This document shows, piece after piece, positions 26,326 through 40,779 of a DNA stretch of 64,000 bases. Numbering within the stretch: the first letter of the stretch is position 1; the number at the start of each line of letters is the position of its first letter. Source of the DNA: Octopus vulgaris (lineage: Eukaryota); NCBI GenBank assembly GCA_951406725.2, contig OX597818.1:139128001-139192000 (forward strand), written 5' to 3'. The notes under the pieces were generated by a model. That model was not told where the DNA came from, did not search any database, and saw only the letters and a list, made by a program, of their open reading frames with translations. The translations under genes were made by a program, and so were the position numbers.

Positions 26326-26859
26326 AAACACATTTCTCATATTGTATTTTGCTGTGATCTATAGACAACCAGAGGTAGATCAGTAATACTGATCTCAGGC
26401 TCATCGTCAAATTGGTAGCTAGGTTAAAGGCAGGTTGTGAGTGCCGAGATGACCAAAATGACTTGTGGTCAGGTGGAGCCTGTACAGACATGCAAGTCTT
26501 GATGATCTCTGAAGGCCACGTGCCATTCTGCAGCTGGATCCCATAGAAAGTACAGAAAGAAACGGGATACACCAGTTGTGCTAGACAGAAGGCCTAGCTA
26601 TTGCACATGTTACAGTCACAGTCAACTGAGAGATTTCTGCAGTGAGGATCTAAAATGGTAGAGAGGTTAGCGGCGAATAGCTGCAGAGCCAGAACAGGAC
26701 TCAGAAATAGCTTTTTTTCTTCAGAAAAGCACCTGTATCCCCTCCGATGTGGTGAAAAAGCTACTTTGTTTGCAGTGCCAGCAGGTGACGACTAGGAAAC
26801 CAATGGCCAAGAGGCTGAGACCCTACTCCTTGCAGTACTATCCCATTGTTTTGCAATAA

Positions 26860-27262
26860 TCCATTCTACTAACGGTACAAGCCCTGAAATTTGTGGGAAG
26901 GGGACTAGTCGATTACATCGATCCCAGTGTTTCATTGGTACTTAATTTATCGACCCAGAAATTAATGAATAGCAAAGTCGACCACGGTGGAATTTGAACT
27001 CAGAACGTTAAGACGGACGAAATACCTATTTCCTATTTCTTTACTACCCACAAGGGGCTAAACACAGAGGGGGACAAACAAGGACAGACAAACGGATTAA
27101 GTCGATTATATCGAGCCCAGTGCGTAACTGGTACTTAATTTATCGACCTCGAAAGGATGAAAGGCAAAGTCGACCTCGGCGGAATTTGAACTCAGAACGT
27201 AACGGCAGACGAAATACGGCATTTCGCCCGGCATACTAACGTTTCTGCCAGTTCGCCGCCTT
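26860..27262 (-). mobile_element. Two tandem/nested SINE family C copies
   Basis: Core present at ~26970 and ~27160; head ...ctgccagttcgccgcc ends at ~27260. Confidence 0.8.
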
Positions 27263-27477
27263 TCGTCTTGCAATAATAATAAATGGATGGTGGTTGAAAA
27301 AGAGTGACGGCATGTAGATGACGAAAAATGAGAAAAAAGGACGAAATGAAAAAATTTATTTCGCAAAAACTGTCCAAAACACAGATAAGAGTCCAGTCCC
27401 CCATTACTCTAAGACAGCGAACAATATACGAATGTTCACATCACAACCAGTTTCTAAATGAATATATTCTGTTGCCT

Positions 27478-27808
27478 AAGGCCAGTGGTTCAGTGGTTAG
27501 AGAGTCGGGCTTACAATCACGAGGTTGTGAGTTCGATTCCCGGACCTGGCTGTGTGTTATGTTCTTGGGCAAGACACTTTATTTCGCGTTGCTCCAATTC
27601 ATTCAGCTGTAGAAATTAGTTACAACGTCACTGGTGCCAGGCTGTATAGGCCTTTGCTTTCCCTTGGATAGGGAGACTAGTATCCATGAGTGACTGCTGA
27701 TCTTCCATAAACAACATTGCCAGGGCTTGTGCTTTGCAGGAGAACTTTTTTAGGTGCAATCCTAAAGTTCTCCTGGTTATTCATGACCGACGGAGGGCTT
27801 TACCTTTT
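27478..27808 (+). mobile_element. tRNA-derived CORE-like SINE (same family as 53535-53872)
   Basis: tggttcagtggttag...gagttcgattccc...cttgggcaagacactttatttc. Confidence 0.75.
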
Positions 27809-28252
27809 ATCCTAAGGCCAAATATATTGTGCGTGTGTTTAGTTGGCAAAATATGACCATCCCCAACAATAACAAAACACACACACACACACACGTATAT
27901 ATACTGAAAAAATCCATGTGTACAATGTGCCGTCTTGGGCGAAGTCTGTGTGAAGTTCATAGAAGTCGTAAGGCGATCGCATCCAAGCAAACATGTGGTT
28001 CCTTCCTTACTCTTGTGTGGACGGGATAAACAAATTTCTTCCCCATTTTAAAATTTTAGTTACACCTAACTTGTCTTATTGAGTGCTTTCATTTTTGAGT
28101 TTTTAAATATGCTTATTTTCTAACATCTTTACCATTCCCCTCATTTTCATATAATTTGATCTTGTTTATACACCCAGTTATACGTGACGTTTCATTTGTT
28201 TGAAGGAAGGGCCCTTGTGGCCAATAAAGAAATTATTATTATTATTATTACT

Positions 28253-28296
<44 letters not shown>

Positions 28297-28310
28297 TATT
28301 ATTATTATTA

Positions 28311-28360
<50 letters not shown>

Positions 28361-28634
28361 GTTATAGTCGTTGTTGTTATTGTTGTTGTTGTTGTTTGTC
28401 GCATGGGAAGTATCTTACTAGCTGACGTATAATATATCTAACGGCGATATTGTTTGTAATGTAAGAAGTTATGTGAGACATTACATTTTTTTTTGTTTAT
28501 TCTTTGTTCCTATCTTGTTTGACCACACCTAGAGAAGCAATTAAATATCATAATTGGGGCTATTTGTGAATTCAATCGCTCCCTCCCTCCCTCCCCATCT
28601 CTCGCTGTCTCTCTCTCTCTCGCACACACACACA

Positions 28635-28669
<35 letters not shown>

Positions 28670-29535
28670 TATACCGCTCAAATTTCTATCTTTAGATCTT
28701 TGTTATCAGATAGTTTCACAAATCCCTTCCAAGCAATGTTTTGGTCAGAACGGATTGAAATGCCAATCAATGTACCGAACCTATCTTTCTTATTTATTTA
28801 TTTATTTATTTCAGTATATTTTTTGCTACCCTTAAGACGGTAACAGCGTTCTGCCTTCAAATATCAGCGATCATAGCTCTACCCTAGAGAATTGTAACTT
28901 TATAATTTTTTTCTTCTGAAACTCAAGTTGGGGTGTGTTTTATTTCTATCGTCTATTCTCTGTTGTTCTGATCAAATAATGATATCTAATTTTTGACACA
29001 AGGTCACATGTTTTAGGGAAGAGGTGGGGTGTGATGAAATTGACGCCAGTGTATGACAGCTATTTATATCATTATAGTTGGAAGAATGAAAGGAAAATGC
29101 ATTCAGGGTGGATTTTAAGCTTCGAATGTAAAGGAACACATTGAAACACATTGAAATTATTTGTGTTCTGTTTTTCTGTTTCTGTGAGGAACCAACGAGG
29201 GAGCGTGTACGTAGTCACTAAAATTCCTAGACATAGCAGCCAAACTTCAATCATATCACACTCTACTGGAGGGTACTTCTTTTTGTCATGACCAGCTTTT
29301 GATATTTCATATTACTCATATCCCACATGTCTTTTATTGGTTATCTTTTACTTATTTCACAGTGGCGTACAGTCTTGAAAGCTATTTATCAAACACGTCA
29401 ACCCCATTAGATTTTTTAAAGTATAGTACTTATTCTGTCGGTCTCTTTTATAGAACCGCTAGGTTACAAGGACGGAAACAAACCAACACCATTTGTCGGT
29501 TTGTGTGGGGTGTAACAAACACAAACACAAACACA

Positions 29536-29991
29536 AAAATTCTATAGTTTGTAAGATATTTGGTCTTTAATTTCTTCAATTTCTGCAATTTCAACCAATC
29601 ATTGGCGTCTAAATCTAAAATAGATTGAAATGCAATAGATCTATTGCATTTTAATCTATTTTAGATTTAGGGTTAGTTAGGGTTGGGGTTAGCGGTGGGA
29701 GGAAGGGTATCTTTTTTTCTTCTCAAATGTAAATAAACCCAATCTGTTTCTTAAACGAGGGACATATTCATACGGCACAGAATGCTATTTAACTCAATAG
29801 ACGCCAGTGATTGGTTGAAATTGCAGAAATTGAAGAAATTAAAGACCAAATATCTTACAAACCATAGAATTTTCTCAATAAAGCCAAGAGAAAAGATATT
29901 TTATAAACACATTCTACCAGTATACGAAGTTCAAAATTTTTTAGTTACCTAGAAATTATGTTAAAAACTGCCGTTCAAACCGAAAAGATCC
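29536..29991 (-). mobile_element. Rearranged (fold-back) copy of the TTAGGG-containing MITE
   Basis: One TIR aaaaactgccgttcaaaccgaaaagatcc; 29536-29610 is inverted at 29797-29872; palindrome at 29612-29667. Confidence 0.8.
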
Positions 29992-30481
29992 GAATACTTA
30001 ACATATAAATCTACAACTACTATTTCATTTATATCTTTGATAGATATATTCTATTCGAGCCAACACGAGACAGTAAACTGTCCACATTAATGTCCTTGAG
30101 GAATGTATTCCATTTTAGTCAACAGTAATCCCCGGAAGATATATTCCAGTTTAACTAATAAAAACAGCGAACTATTTTCAATTATTGTTTCAAATTATAG
30201 CACAGAGTCACATAGTCAGCAATATAGATAATAATGTCTGTAACGATGATCAATAAATATATATTAATCTGTTGATCAAGGAGTGAAGTAAGATAAAGAT
30301 ATGGAAGTGATTGTGTATGATGGAATTACAGACGACGTTGTAATCAGAACCATGGTTTGTTATCCAGACACAAGTGAAGTCCGCTATGAATGTGTTGTCA
30401 AGTCCGAAACTGAGTACTGAAGGAGTGTTATCTTTACATTCTGCAGTTCTGTCAATATTCTCTATTCATAAAGTGGATGGA

Positions 30482-30850
30482 TGGAAGCACTCCGTCGGTT
30501 ACGACGACGAGGGTTCCGGTTGATCCGAATCAACGGAACAGCCTGCTCGTGAAATTAACGTGTAAGTGGCTGAGCACTCCACAGACACGTGTACCCTTAA
30601 CGTAGTTCTCGGGGATATTCAGCGTGACACAGAGAGTGACAAGGCCGGCCCTTTGAAATACAGGTACAAGAGAAACAGGAAGTAAGAGTGAGAGAAAGTT
30701 GTGGTGGAAGAGTACAGCAGGGATCACCACCATCCGCTACCGGAGCCGCGTGGAGCTATAGGTGTTTTCGCTCAATAAACACTCACAACGCCCGGTCTGG
30801 GAATCGAAACCGCGAGTCCGCTGCCCTAACCACTGGGCCATTGCGCCTCC
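30482..30850 (-). mobile_element. SINE family B, full length
   Basis: Colinear with 17318-17685. Confidence 0.9.
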
Positions 30851-31320
30851 TCTTTATTAATATCAGACAGCGGGGGAAGATTTGAAACTTTCCCCCGTCA
30901 GTTCGAAGTAAGGTGGGTTGTTGTTTAGCCACAAATCAGCTCTGATCAAACAAAGCTATGACTGGCGTTCGAGTCGTAATCATCCTGTTTTTTTGTATAC
31001 CAAGAATTACATTGTTTAGCGTGTCCTTCATCTAAGATAGAAGGATATGATATGTGGGAAACATGGCTATTATTTCTAGCAAGTCGTACGCCCTCATAGA
31101 AGCACCCTTACTGAATACCGGGATCAGCCGATGTATATTGACGTCACTTAATTTGCTAGGTAGTGACACTGCAGTAAACAATTCTAAGTCTCATATTTTA
31201 TATTTCATTTCTTCAGAGATGGTTGATACAAGGCCCCGTGTATATCTTAGTGAAGGCATGACAAGTGATGGGAAGAAAAGCTTAGGTTACATATATAAAA
31301 TAAATAAATAAATAAATAAA

Positions 31321-31568
31321 TGCGCCCTTTTAAAGCCTAGCCAGGCCCATGGGCCTGGTTTCCCGGTTTCAATGGCGTAGAAATTCCCCACCTCGACGGG
31401 ACGCCGGTCCGTCACAGGATTACTCATTTTTGCCAGCTGGGTGGACTGGAGCAACGTGAAATGAAATATTTTGCTCAAGAACACAACGCATCGCCCTGTC
31501 CAGGAATCGAAACCACAACCTTACGATCATGAGTTCAACACCCTAACCATTAAGCCACGCGCCTCCAC
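31321..31568 (-). mobile_element. tRNA-derived CORE-like SINE (same family as 33467-33715)
   Basis: Reverse complement of 33467-33715. Confidence 0.8.
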
Positions 31569-31937
31569 AGCTTACACATATAGATAGTCTTATTTTAGAA
31601 TCATTTTAATAAAGTGGTAATTATAATTACACTGCTACTTAGCGATCTGAGAGTGTTTAACGACTTTGTTAGCTAAAACACTCTTTGCAGAGGTGGCAGG
31701 GTATACAAACCCGCACCCTTTCAGTTGGTACTTGAGCATACTACAGTTAAAAATTACAAAGGGGCGCTTAAATACCATAAGTCATTTGTCAAGCGCTCTA
31801 GCGATTTTGTTATCACCATCCTTTGTAATAAGGTAATTCGTCTCGGAAATATTGGGTCTTCAGATAAATTAGTTCGCCCCTCTCATTTATTTTAATCCTT
31901 ATTTTACAGCAACAGTTTTAATAAATCAACCAATAAT

Positions 31938-32361
31938 GGATCTCTTTGGTTTGAACGGCAGTTTTTAACATAATTTCTAGTAACTAAAAAAGTTTAAACT
32001 TCGTATACTGGTAGAATGTTTTTATAAAACATCTTTTTCTCTTGGCTGTATTGGGAAAATTCTATGGTTTGTAAGATATTTGTTGTTTTTTTTCTTCAAT
32101 TTCTGCAATTTCAACTAATCACTGACGTCCATAGACGTAAAAAACATTCTGTGCCGTATGAATATGTCCCTCGTTTAAGAAGCAGGTTGGGTTTATTTTC
32201 ATTTGTGAAGAAAAAAATCCCCTTCCCCCCACCCCTAACCCTAACTAACCCTAACCCTAAAACAGATTAAAATGCAATAGATCGATACTAGGGTTGTAAT
32301 TATGGGTGACAATTTCATATGACACCGCTAGAAAAAACTGCTGTTCAAACCGAAAAGATCC
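31938..32361 (+). mobile_element. MITE with ~29-bp TIRs, an 8-bp TSD and internal (CCCTAA)n
   Basis: ggatctctttggtttgaacggcagttttt ... aaaaactgctgttcaaaccgaaaagatcc; ccaataat duplicated at 31930-31937 and 32362-32369. Confidence 0.88.
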
Positions 32362-32519
32362 CCAATAATAGATTCTTCTTCATTGTTTGCGACTCCTTAC
32401 GGAGGTTTTACATGCTTGTCACTGCCTTGACAGTAGAAAATGCTGGATTTTGACTAGAAGAATTCACAAATTCACGTTTTCATCTTCAAGCCGTTGCAGA
32501 CTGTTGGAGAGCAACTGCA

Positions 32520-33000
32520 AAAGATGATAATCTAAAGACGAAATATCAGGAAAATACGGAGGGTGAGTAGAACTTGAATAGTATTTCTTTTCAGATCGGC
32601 GATGTGGTGGCAAGCATTTTTCGCGTTGAAGAAATTCGCAGTGTTGCCGGTCGGGTCGTTTGAGTTGGATTTTCTCATTTGTTGAAGGTGAAGCTCTGCA
32701 TTGACCGTGTTGATGTTTTCAAGGATTTGGTAATGGATTGGCATTTTCCAATCCCACCAATCGCATATCATTGTCTTATGTGGTTGCAGATCTGGCTTGG
32801 CTCGAGATGTCGCTTGCTTGGACGAGACTCGGTCCTTCTATCCTCTGCTTCATATTGACACAAAAATTCTGTCTTTCATCGCCGGTGACGACGCAGTAAA
32901 GAGATCTCTTTGTGATCCACGAGTAGCCTGGTTTTGAACGAACAAATTGACCGCAGAAGAGAAGCGCTGAGATTTGTCTCTTTCGCTCAGTGAGTGTAGT
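32520..33000 (-). pseudogene. Decayed mariner transposase fragment
   Basis: MICDWWDWKMPIHYQILE..TVNAELHLQQM resembles mariner MLCVWWDxxGxIHYELL...TVNAxxYxxQL. Confidence 0.7.
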
Positions 33001-33466
33001 AACCTTGCACCGAAGCTTTTGACTCAGCCATCAATCGCTTTGATTGATATCCCTGCTACGCAGATAGATTAACATAGTCCTTGTATGTTTGCGCCAATGT
33101 ATGAAGTTATAGTGGTGCAATCATGCATAATGTTTTTCAGAACACACGAGGAACATATCAATCTACATCGCAGGGATACCAACCGAAGCGACTTTTTCAT
33201 TTTTAAATGCAGATCCACCATTAACTGTCTAATTTGCAAGTCACACAGAATTAATAAAAGAAACATTCGACAATAATTATATTTGGATGAAGCTGCGGTG
33301 GTGGTGGTGGTGGTGGTGGTCTTTCGAACCTCCCGACCCCAATTACCGTATGTGTTGACGCAATAGAGGACGGGTTAGTCATTAGTGGAAGATATTTTAT
33401 CACTGGCTTACTCGACCAAGGTTGATCCGGAACTAAACAACAATATATGTCGTCTATTTTTTGCAT

Positions 33467-33715
33467 TGTGGAGTCGCGTGGCTTAGTGGTTAGGGTGTCA
33501 GCATCATGATCGCAAGACTGTGGTTTCGATTCCTGGACCGGGTGACGCGTTGTGTTTTTGAGCAAAACACTTCATTTCACTTTTCTCCAGTTCACTCAGC
33601 TGGCAAAAATGAGTAACGTTGCGATGGACTGGCATCTCGTCCAGCTGGGGAACATATACGCCATTGAAACCAGGAAACCGGGCCCATGATCCTGGCCAGG
33701 CTTTAAAAGGGCGCA
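33467..33715 (+). mobile_element. tRNA-derived CORE-like SINE
   Basis: tggcttagtggttaggg...ggtttcgattcc...ttgagcaaaacacttcatttca...gcgatggactggcatctcgtccag. Confidence 0.8.
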
Positions 33716-34287
33716 AGAAGAAGAAGGTTTTTTGCATTGCAGGTGGCCAATTTTATTCTGAAGACAGGGGCAGAGTGCTGGCAGAATCGTTGGCATTTCC
33801 TCCTTTCGAGGTCGATAAAATAAGTACCAACTGAGCACTGGAATCGATGCAATTGACTTCTTCTTTCCACAGAATTTTCAAGATCCTTCAACATATTTTT
33901 CTCGACGATCCGACGACAATTGGTAATGCAACATTTCCACAACTCATGGTGACCAAATCTGCAAAGTTGACATTTTCGAAAGAAAAATATTATTTTGTTT
34001 CTGGGCATTCGTTGTTATACTTTCTTTTAGACTTCGGCCAGTCCTGATTGACTAGACGTGTAACAAGAAGCGTTCTTGTCATGACCATAGCGTCTATTTT
34101 CCATTTTGTACTTCTGAATGACTTTTTTTTTATTTTAGTAAGCATGGACTGTATTTTGAGGGGGATTTGACAACCATTTCCAGAAATTTGTGGGACAAAA
34201 TAAAAACTTACTTATGTTTGGTATTTAATGTTGGCACGCAGGTCATGTCACAGTATAAATGTTTCGACGCGCGCATCATATCTCTTC

Positions 34288-34363
<76 letters not shown>

Positions 34364-34760
34364 GTCTGTCTGTCTATCTGTATTTATGTCTGTCTGTCTG
34401 TCTGTCTGTCTGTCTGACTGTCTGACTGTCTGTCTGTCTGTATGTATGTATGTCTGTCTGTATGTCTTTATGTCTGTCTGTCTGTCTGATTATATGTCTA
34501 TATTTCTATCTACTCACCTACTTACCAATCTGCCCATCTAACTACCTACCTACCTATCTATATGTCTGCTTTTGTAGCTATCTATCTATCTATCTAACTA
34601 TCTATCCATCTGTCCATGTATATATGTGTGCGTTTATATATATATACATAGAGAGAGAGAGAGAAAGAGAGAGAGAGACGTATATATATATATATACCTT
34701 CTATCTACTTAACCTACGAAGTAGCTGAGCAACTAAACAACGTAATAATACCCTACCTAT

Positions 34761-34820
<60 letters not shown>

Positions 34821-35189
34821 ACAGAGCCGTCTATTTAACTGCTCCACTTTTTATCACCGACTGACTGTCTCCAAATGTTATTCTGAAAACTCTTGTGTTC
34901 CCTGCACTCCTCAAACACGATCCGTCTGGCTGTCTTGTTGCCCCCACCAACATTACATTTCAAGTACTGAATGGGGTGGGAGGAAATGTGTCGGGGGGTG
35001 GATGGGTGTGGGCTCGCACTCGCGATTCTTCTTCTTCTTCTTCTTCTTCTTCTTCTTCTTCTTCTTCTTCTTCTTCTTCTTCTTCTTCTCCTCCATCCCC
35101 GTTTCATTTGACCCGTTCCCTACCACATATGTATACACGTGTGTCTGTGCGCGCGCACATACACACACACATACACACACACACACGCA

Positions 35190-35236
<47 letters not shown>

Positions 35237-35569
35237 TCAGAGATTTTTCCTCGTAGCTTGCTTCTTGAATTTTCTGTGTTTGTCTTTCTCAAAATATTTC
35301 GTCCTGCCAGTCTCCCCCTATACTCTTACGCCGCCATTACATCCCCCCCCCATCACTACAACCGCCGCCGCCACCGCCACCGCCGTTACCACCACTGCTA
35401 ATATCACCACTTCAATTACAACAACCCAAACTCAACGTAAGTAACCCAGTCACTTCAGACCACGTCCGACTTATCAGCTAAACACCACACTAAAGGAATG
35501 TCTTCTACAACTGAACGAAGACTTTCAATTCGGTCAAATACTATAAGCGACCCAACTAGCTTCCTTTAT

Positions 35570-36740
35570 CGTCCTCTGGTAGAATCGTTACTAAATTTGG
35601 ACAATATGTTTCCAATTACTCTCGGTTTCGAGGGGCGGCGAAATGGCTGAATCGTTAGCACGCTAAACAAAATGCTTAGCCGTATTTCACACATGTTTAC
35701 GTTCCGAGTTCAAATTCTGCCGAGGTCCGACTTTGCCTTTCATCATTTTGAGGTTGATAAATTAAGTACCAGTTGCGTACTGAGGTCGATCTAATCGACT
35801 TGGGCCCCTCCCTCAAAATTTCGGGCCTTGTACCTAGAGTAGAAAAGAATATGTTTCCAATTACTCTTGGTGGTGGTGGTGATGAGGGAACAAAATGTTT
35901 AGTGGCATTTCACCCATGTTTACGTTCCGCGTTCGAATTCCGCCGAAGTCGGTTTTACCTCTCGGAGTCGATAAAATAAGTACCAGTTGATGTAATCCAC
36001 TAACCACCTCCTCCACAAATTGCTGGTCTTTTGACAAAAGTTTGAAATCGATAGTTTGGTGTAGGTTATTGTATATGTTAAGGCGGCGAGCAGGCAGAAC
36101 CGTTAGCACGCCCAACTTTACGTTGTAAGTTCAAATTCCGCCGACGTCGACTTTGCCTTTCATTCTTTCCGGGTCGATAAAATAAGTACCAGTAAAGCAC
36201 TTGGATCGATGTAATCGATTAACACTTTCTCTTGTAATTACTGGTCTTGTTCCAAAAACTGGAAGCCAACAGTCTGTTTGGTGAAGAATACTGTTTATTC
36301 TAGGGCGGCGAGCTGGAAGAATCGTTACCACGCTGGGCAAAATGTTTAGCGGCATTTCGTGCGTCTATACGTTCCGAGTTCAAATTCTGCCGAGGTCCGA
36401 CTTTGCCTTTCATCCTTCAGAGTCGATAAAATAAGTACCAGTTGAACACTGGGGTCGACGTAAATTAACTTATCTCTTCCACCGAATTTGGGACCTCGTG
36501 CCAAAATTTGAAGCCAATATATATATGGCATTTCATAGCGAGTTATGCGAAAATAGTGGTGTTGCAATTTAGGCGATTTTGAAGAGTGAGGGCTTAGTCA
36601 ATACTATCGATCTATCTCAGTATTTGGCTGATAATTGATATTGCAGACCCCAGGATGATGAAAGATAGAATTGATTTCGGCGAAATTTGAACTGAGAATG
36701 ACAGATCCGGTAATATGTTAACGATTACGGATCGTCTCAG
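35570..36740. mobile_element. Array of about 6 SINE family C copies (mostly plus strand; last one minus)
   Basis: Heads or cores at ~35575, 35633, 35880, 36081, 36303 and an inverted copy at ~36560-36740. Confidence 0.8.
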
Positions 36741-36760
36741 AGATAACGTCATGAACATGA

Positions 36761-36912
<152 letters not shown>

Positions 36913-37082
36913 ACTCTCTCTCTCTCTCTCTCTGTCTATCAATCTATAGAGGGAGTGGGAGAGAGAGAGGTGATGACTATGCTGCGAACACCTTTGATAA
37001 TTAGGCTGTTCGACCACAACTAACCTTGGGTTAAAGAACAGGCGGAGCGGCTGTTGTGCAATCACTAACACCGTCCACAACT

Positions 37083-37133
37083 TCAACCACCTCCACCACC
37101 ACCACCTCCACCACCACCTCCACCACCACCACC

Positions 37134-37167
<34 letters not shown>

Positions 37168-37231
37168 TCATCAACAACAATAACAACAACAGCAGCAGTA
37201 GCAACAGCAACAGCAACAACAACAACAACAA

Positions 37232-37295
<64 letters not shown>

Positions 37296-37330
37296 AACAA
37301 CAACAACAACAACCGCCGCCGCCGCCGCCA
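37083..37330. repeat. Compound trinucleotide microsatellite (ACC/ATC/AAC/AGC/GCC)
   Basis: Visible array. Confidence 0.9.
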
Positions 37331-37716
37331 GTATCACTACAGCTAGAGCCTCTAATAACGGTTTCAAATTTCTCCACAAGGGGGAGCAATTTTGGGGATG
37401 AGGACGAGTCGATTACATCGATCCCAGTTGTTCAACTTGTACATATTTTATCGACCCGAAATCATAAAAGGCGAAGTTGACCACGGCGACCACCAACCAT
37501 GACCAACACGAAAAACCGGTCCCATTACAATCCATCACCATTAACAGCAGGAACAACAACAACAACAACAACAGCAATATCAACACCACTGGTAACGCAA
37601 CTAATATGAACACCACCACAACCAGCGCCTCCACTATCGTAACCACCACCACCACCACCGCCATGAGTATCAGCAACAGCACCACTACCACCACTACCAT
37701 TAGTAGCAGCAGCAGT

Positions 37717-38540
37717 ACCACCACCACTACCACCACCACTACCACCACCACCACCACTATCACCTGTACCACTATCACCTGTACCACCACCACCACCACC
37801 ACCACCACCCCCACCACAACCACCACCACCACCACCACCACCACCACCACACCACCACCACCACCACCACCACCACCACCACCACCACCACCACCACCAC
37901 CACTACCACCACCACCACCACCACCACCACCACCACCACCACCACCACCACCACCACTACCACCACCACCACCACTACCACCACCACCACTACCACCACC
38001 ACCACCACTACCACCACCACCACTACCAACACCACTACCACCACCACTACCAACACCACTACCACCACCACTACCAACACCACTACCAACACCACTACCA
38101 CCACCACCACCACCACTACCACCATCACCACCATCACCACCATCACCACCACTACCACCACCACCACTACCACCACCACCACCACCACCACTACCAACAC
38201 CACTACCACCACCACCACCACCACCACCAACACCACTACTACCACCACTACCACTACCACCACCACTACCACCACCACTACCAACACCACTACCAACACC
38301 ACTACCACCACCACCACCACCACCACCACTACCACCACCACCACTACCACCACCACTACTACCACCACTACCACCACCACTACCACCACCACTACCACCA
38401 CCACCACCAACACCACTACCAACACCACTACTACCACCACTACCACTACCACCACCACTACCACCACCACTACCACCACCACCACCACCACCACCACCAC
38501 CACCACCACCACCACCACCACCACTATCACCTGTACCACC
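37717..38540. repeat. ~800-bp (ACC)n/(ACT) array
   Basis: Visible array. Confidence 0.95.
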
Positions 38541-38908
38541 GGTCTCGTTCCTATAACACCCACCAATAACGCCATAAGGAAATCCTTTATCTCTTGCCTG
38601 TCTCTACGTCTGTCTCTGTTTTTCCTTCTGTCTTCTACACATGTCCTCGCATTAACCCCTATTTCACCATGTGTCTCCCTAAATTTGTCCCCACCCCAGC
38701 AACTGAACCCCACCTGCCCACCCGCTTCTCTACCCTAATTTCTTATTTTCTTCTAAAGGTTCCTGGTTTTCATGGCTCATTCTTCAACTACGAACCCCTC
38801 GTGTCATTCTGTGTCAGTGCATTCATCATCTACCATGTTCATTGTCGTCACCACCACTATCGCCATCATTTTTCTTCTCCTAGTCCCCCTCCTCCTCTCC
38901 CCTCCTAC

Positions 38909-39282
<374 letters not shown>

Positions 39283-39414
39283 CAACTGACTGTTATCTGT
39301 TACTTTCTTTAATTCGTTCTCCATTGCTCTACATTTCTTTATCTTCATTTCCATCTTTCTTTCTTTCTTTCTTCCTTCGTTTCTTCCTGCCTTCCTTCCT
39401 TCCTTCCTTCCTTC

Positions 39415-39451
<37 letters not shown>

Positions 39452-39490
39452 TTTCTTTCAATTTTGATGTCTTTCTTCACATTACTTCAT

Positions 39491-39529
<39 letters not shown>

Positions 39530-40088
39530 CTACGACTCTTCTCTATGAATATCACTCTCTGACTCTTTCTCTATTCCTTATATTCGATCTCTCTCTCTTC
39601 TCCCCCCTCTCTATCTCCTATCTTTCTGCACCTCTCTCTCTCTCTCCTCCTTATCGTTTTCCCTCCTTCGTACCTCTTTCCCCTCTTTGCTCCCACCCTC
39701 TCTCATCTTTCTGAATTTCGCATCCTCCTTCTTGTCGTCAATTTAACATTTCTCTCGATATACGATGATGCAGTTAGTTGAAAACGTTCGATCAGCTGAG
39801 GGTTATCTAAGCAATTAACCAATAAAAACTCCCTCTGGATATGCTGGAAATCTAAAAACAGCACGCACACCTCTGGAGAGGTTTTTGTCTTAATTATATA
39901 CCTGGATAATTTCAGTTAATCGAAGTGTTTTCAAGTCACCATATTTCAGGAGACCTTACGTATGTGTGGACTTAGCTTTTATGACGCGTGTCTGAGTTAT
40001 TTCCTCTCAGGCATAATTATTTATGTCCATAATGACTGAAGCTAAGTTTCCTATAACTTTCCTTACACGATTCTACAAATGATTTAGT

Positions 40089-40317
40089 GGGCGAGCTGGC
40101 AGAAACGTTAGCGCGCCGGGCGAAATGCGTAGCCGTATTTCGTCTGCTGTTACGTTCTGAGTTCAAATTCCGCCGAGGTCGACTTTGCCTTTCATCCTTT
40201 CGGGGTCGATGAAATAAGTACCAGTTACGCACTGGGGACGATGTAATCGACTTAATCCGTTTGTCTGTCCTTGTTTGTCCTCTCTGTGTTTAGCCCCTTG
40301 TGGGCAATAGAGAAATT
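40089..40317 (+). mobile_element. SINE family C, full length
   Basis: gcgagctggcagaaacgttag...gagttcaaattcc (B-box-like)...gtcgactttgcctttcatcctttcggggtcgat. Confidence 0.85.
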
Positions 40318-40344
40318 GATTTGGTGGGTTGTATGTCACCTAAG

Positions 40345-40650
40345 GTGACGGTGTTTCGCTTAGAGATTAGGGTAAACGAACTCACGATCAAAACGTTGTG
40401 AGTTCGATTTCCGACGGCGCGTTGTGTCCTTGAGTAAGACACTTTATTTCACATTGCTCCAGTCTACTCAGCTGGCAAAAATGAGGTGTACCTGTAATTG
40501 AAAGGGCCGGCCTTGTCACATACTGTGTCACGCGTTAAGGATTCGCTTGTCTGTGGACTGCTCAGCCACTTGCGCGTTTATTTCATGAGAAACCTGTTCC
40601 GTTGATCAGATCAACTGGAGCTCTCATCGTCGTAACCGACGGAGCGCCAA
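40345..40650 (+). mobile_element. Diverged SINE: CORE-like centre with a family-B 3' body
   Basis: ccttgagtaagacactttatttcac...aagggccggccttgtcaca...cgtcgtaaccgacggag. Confidence 0.7.
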
Positions 40651-40676
40651 TAGTGGAAGTAGTAGTAGTAATAGTC

Positions 40677-40727
<51 letters not shown>

Positions 40728-40779
40728 TGTTATCTAGGGCTTACAATAAAACTTGGTATTTCAATGAGTTATCTTTGCA

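Noticed and set aside
29665-29700. TTAGGG repeats as a true telomere or fusion site
   Set aside because: Only a few degenerate units, internal to a MITE
37477-38556. 359-aa Thr/Pro-rich ORF (extensin/formin-like)
   Set aside because: It is a translation of an (ACC)n microsatellite with no codon diversity or splice evidence
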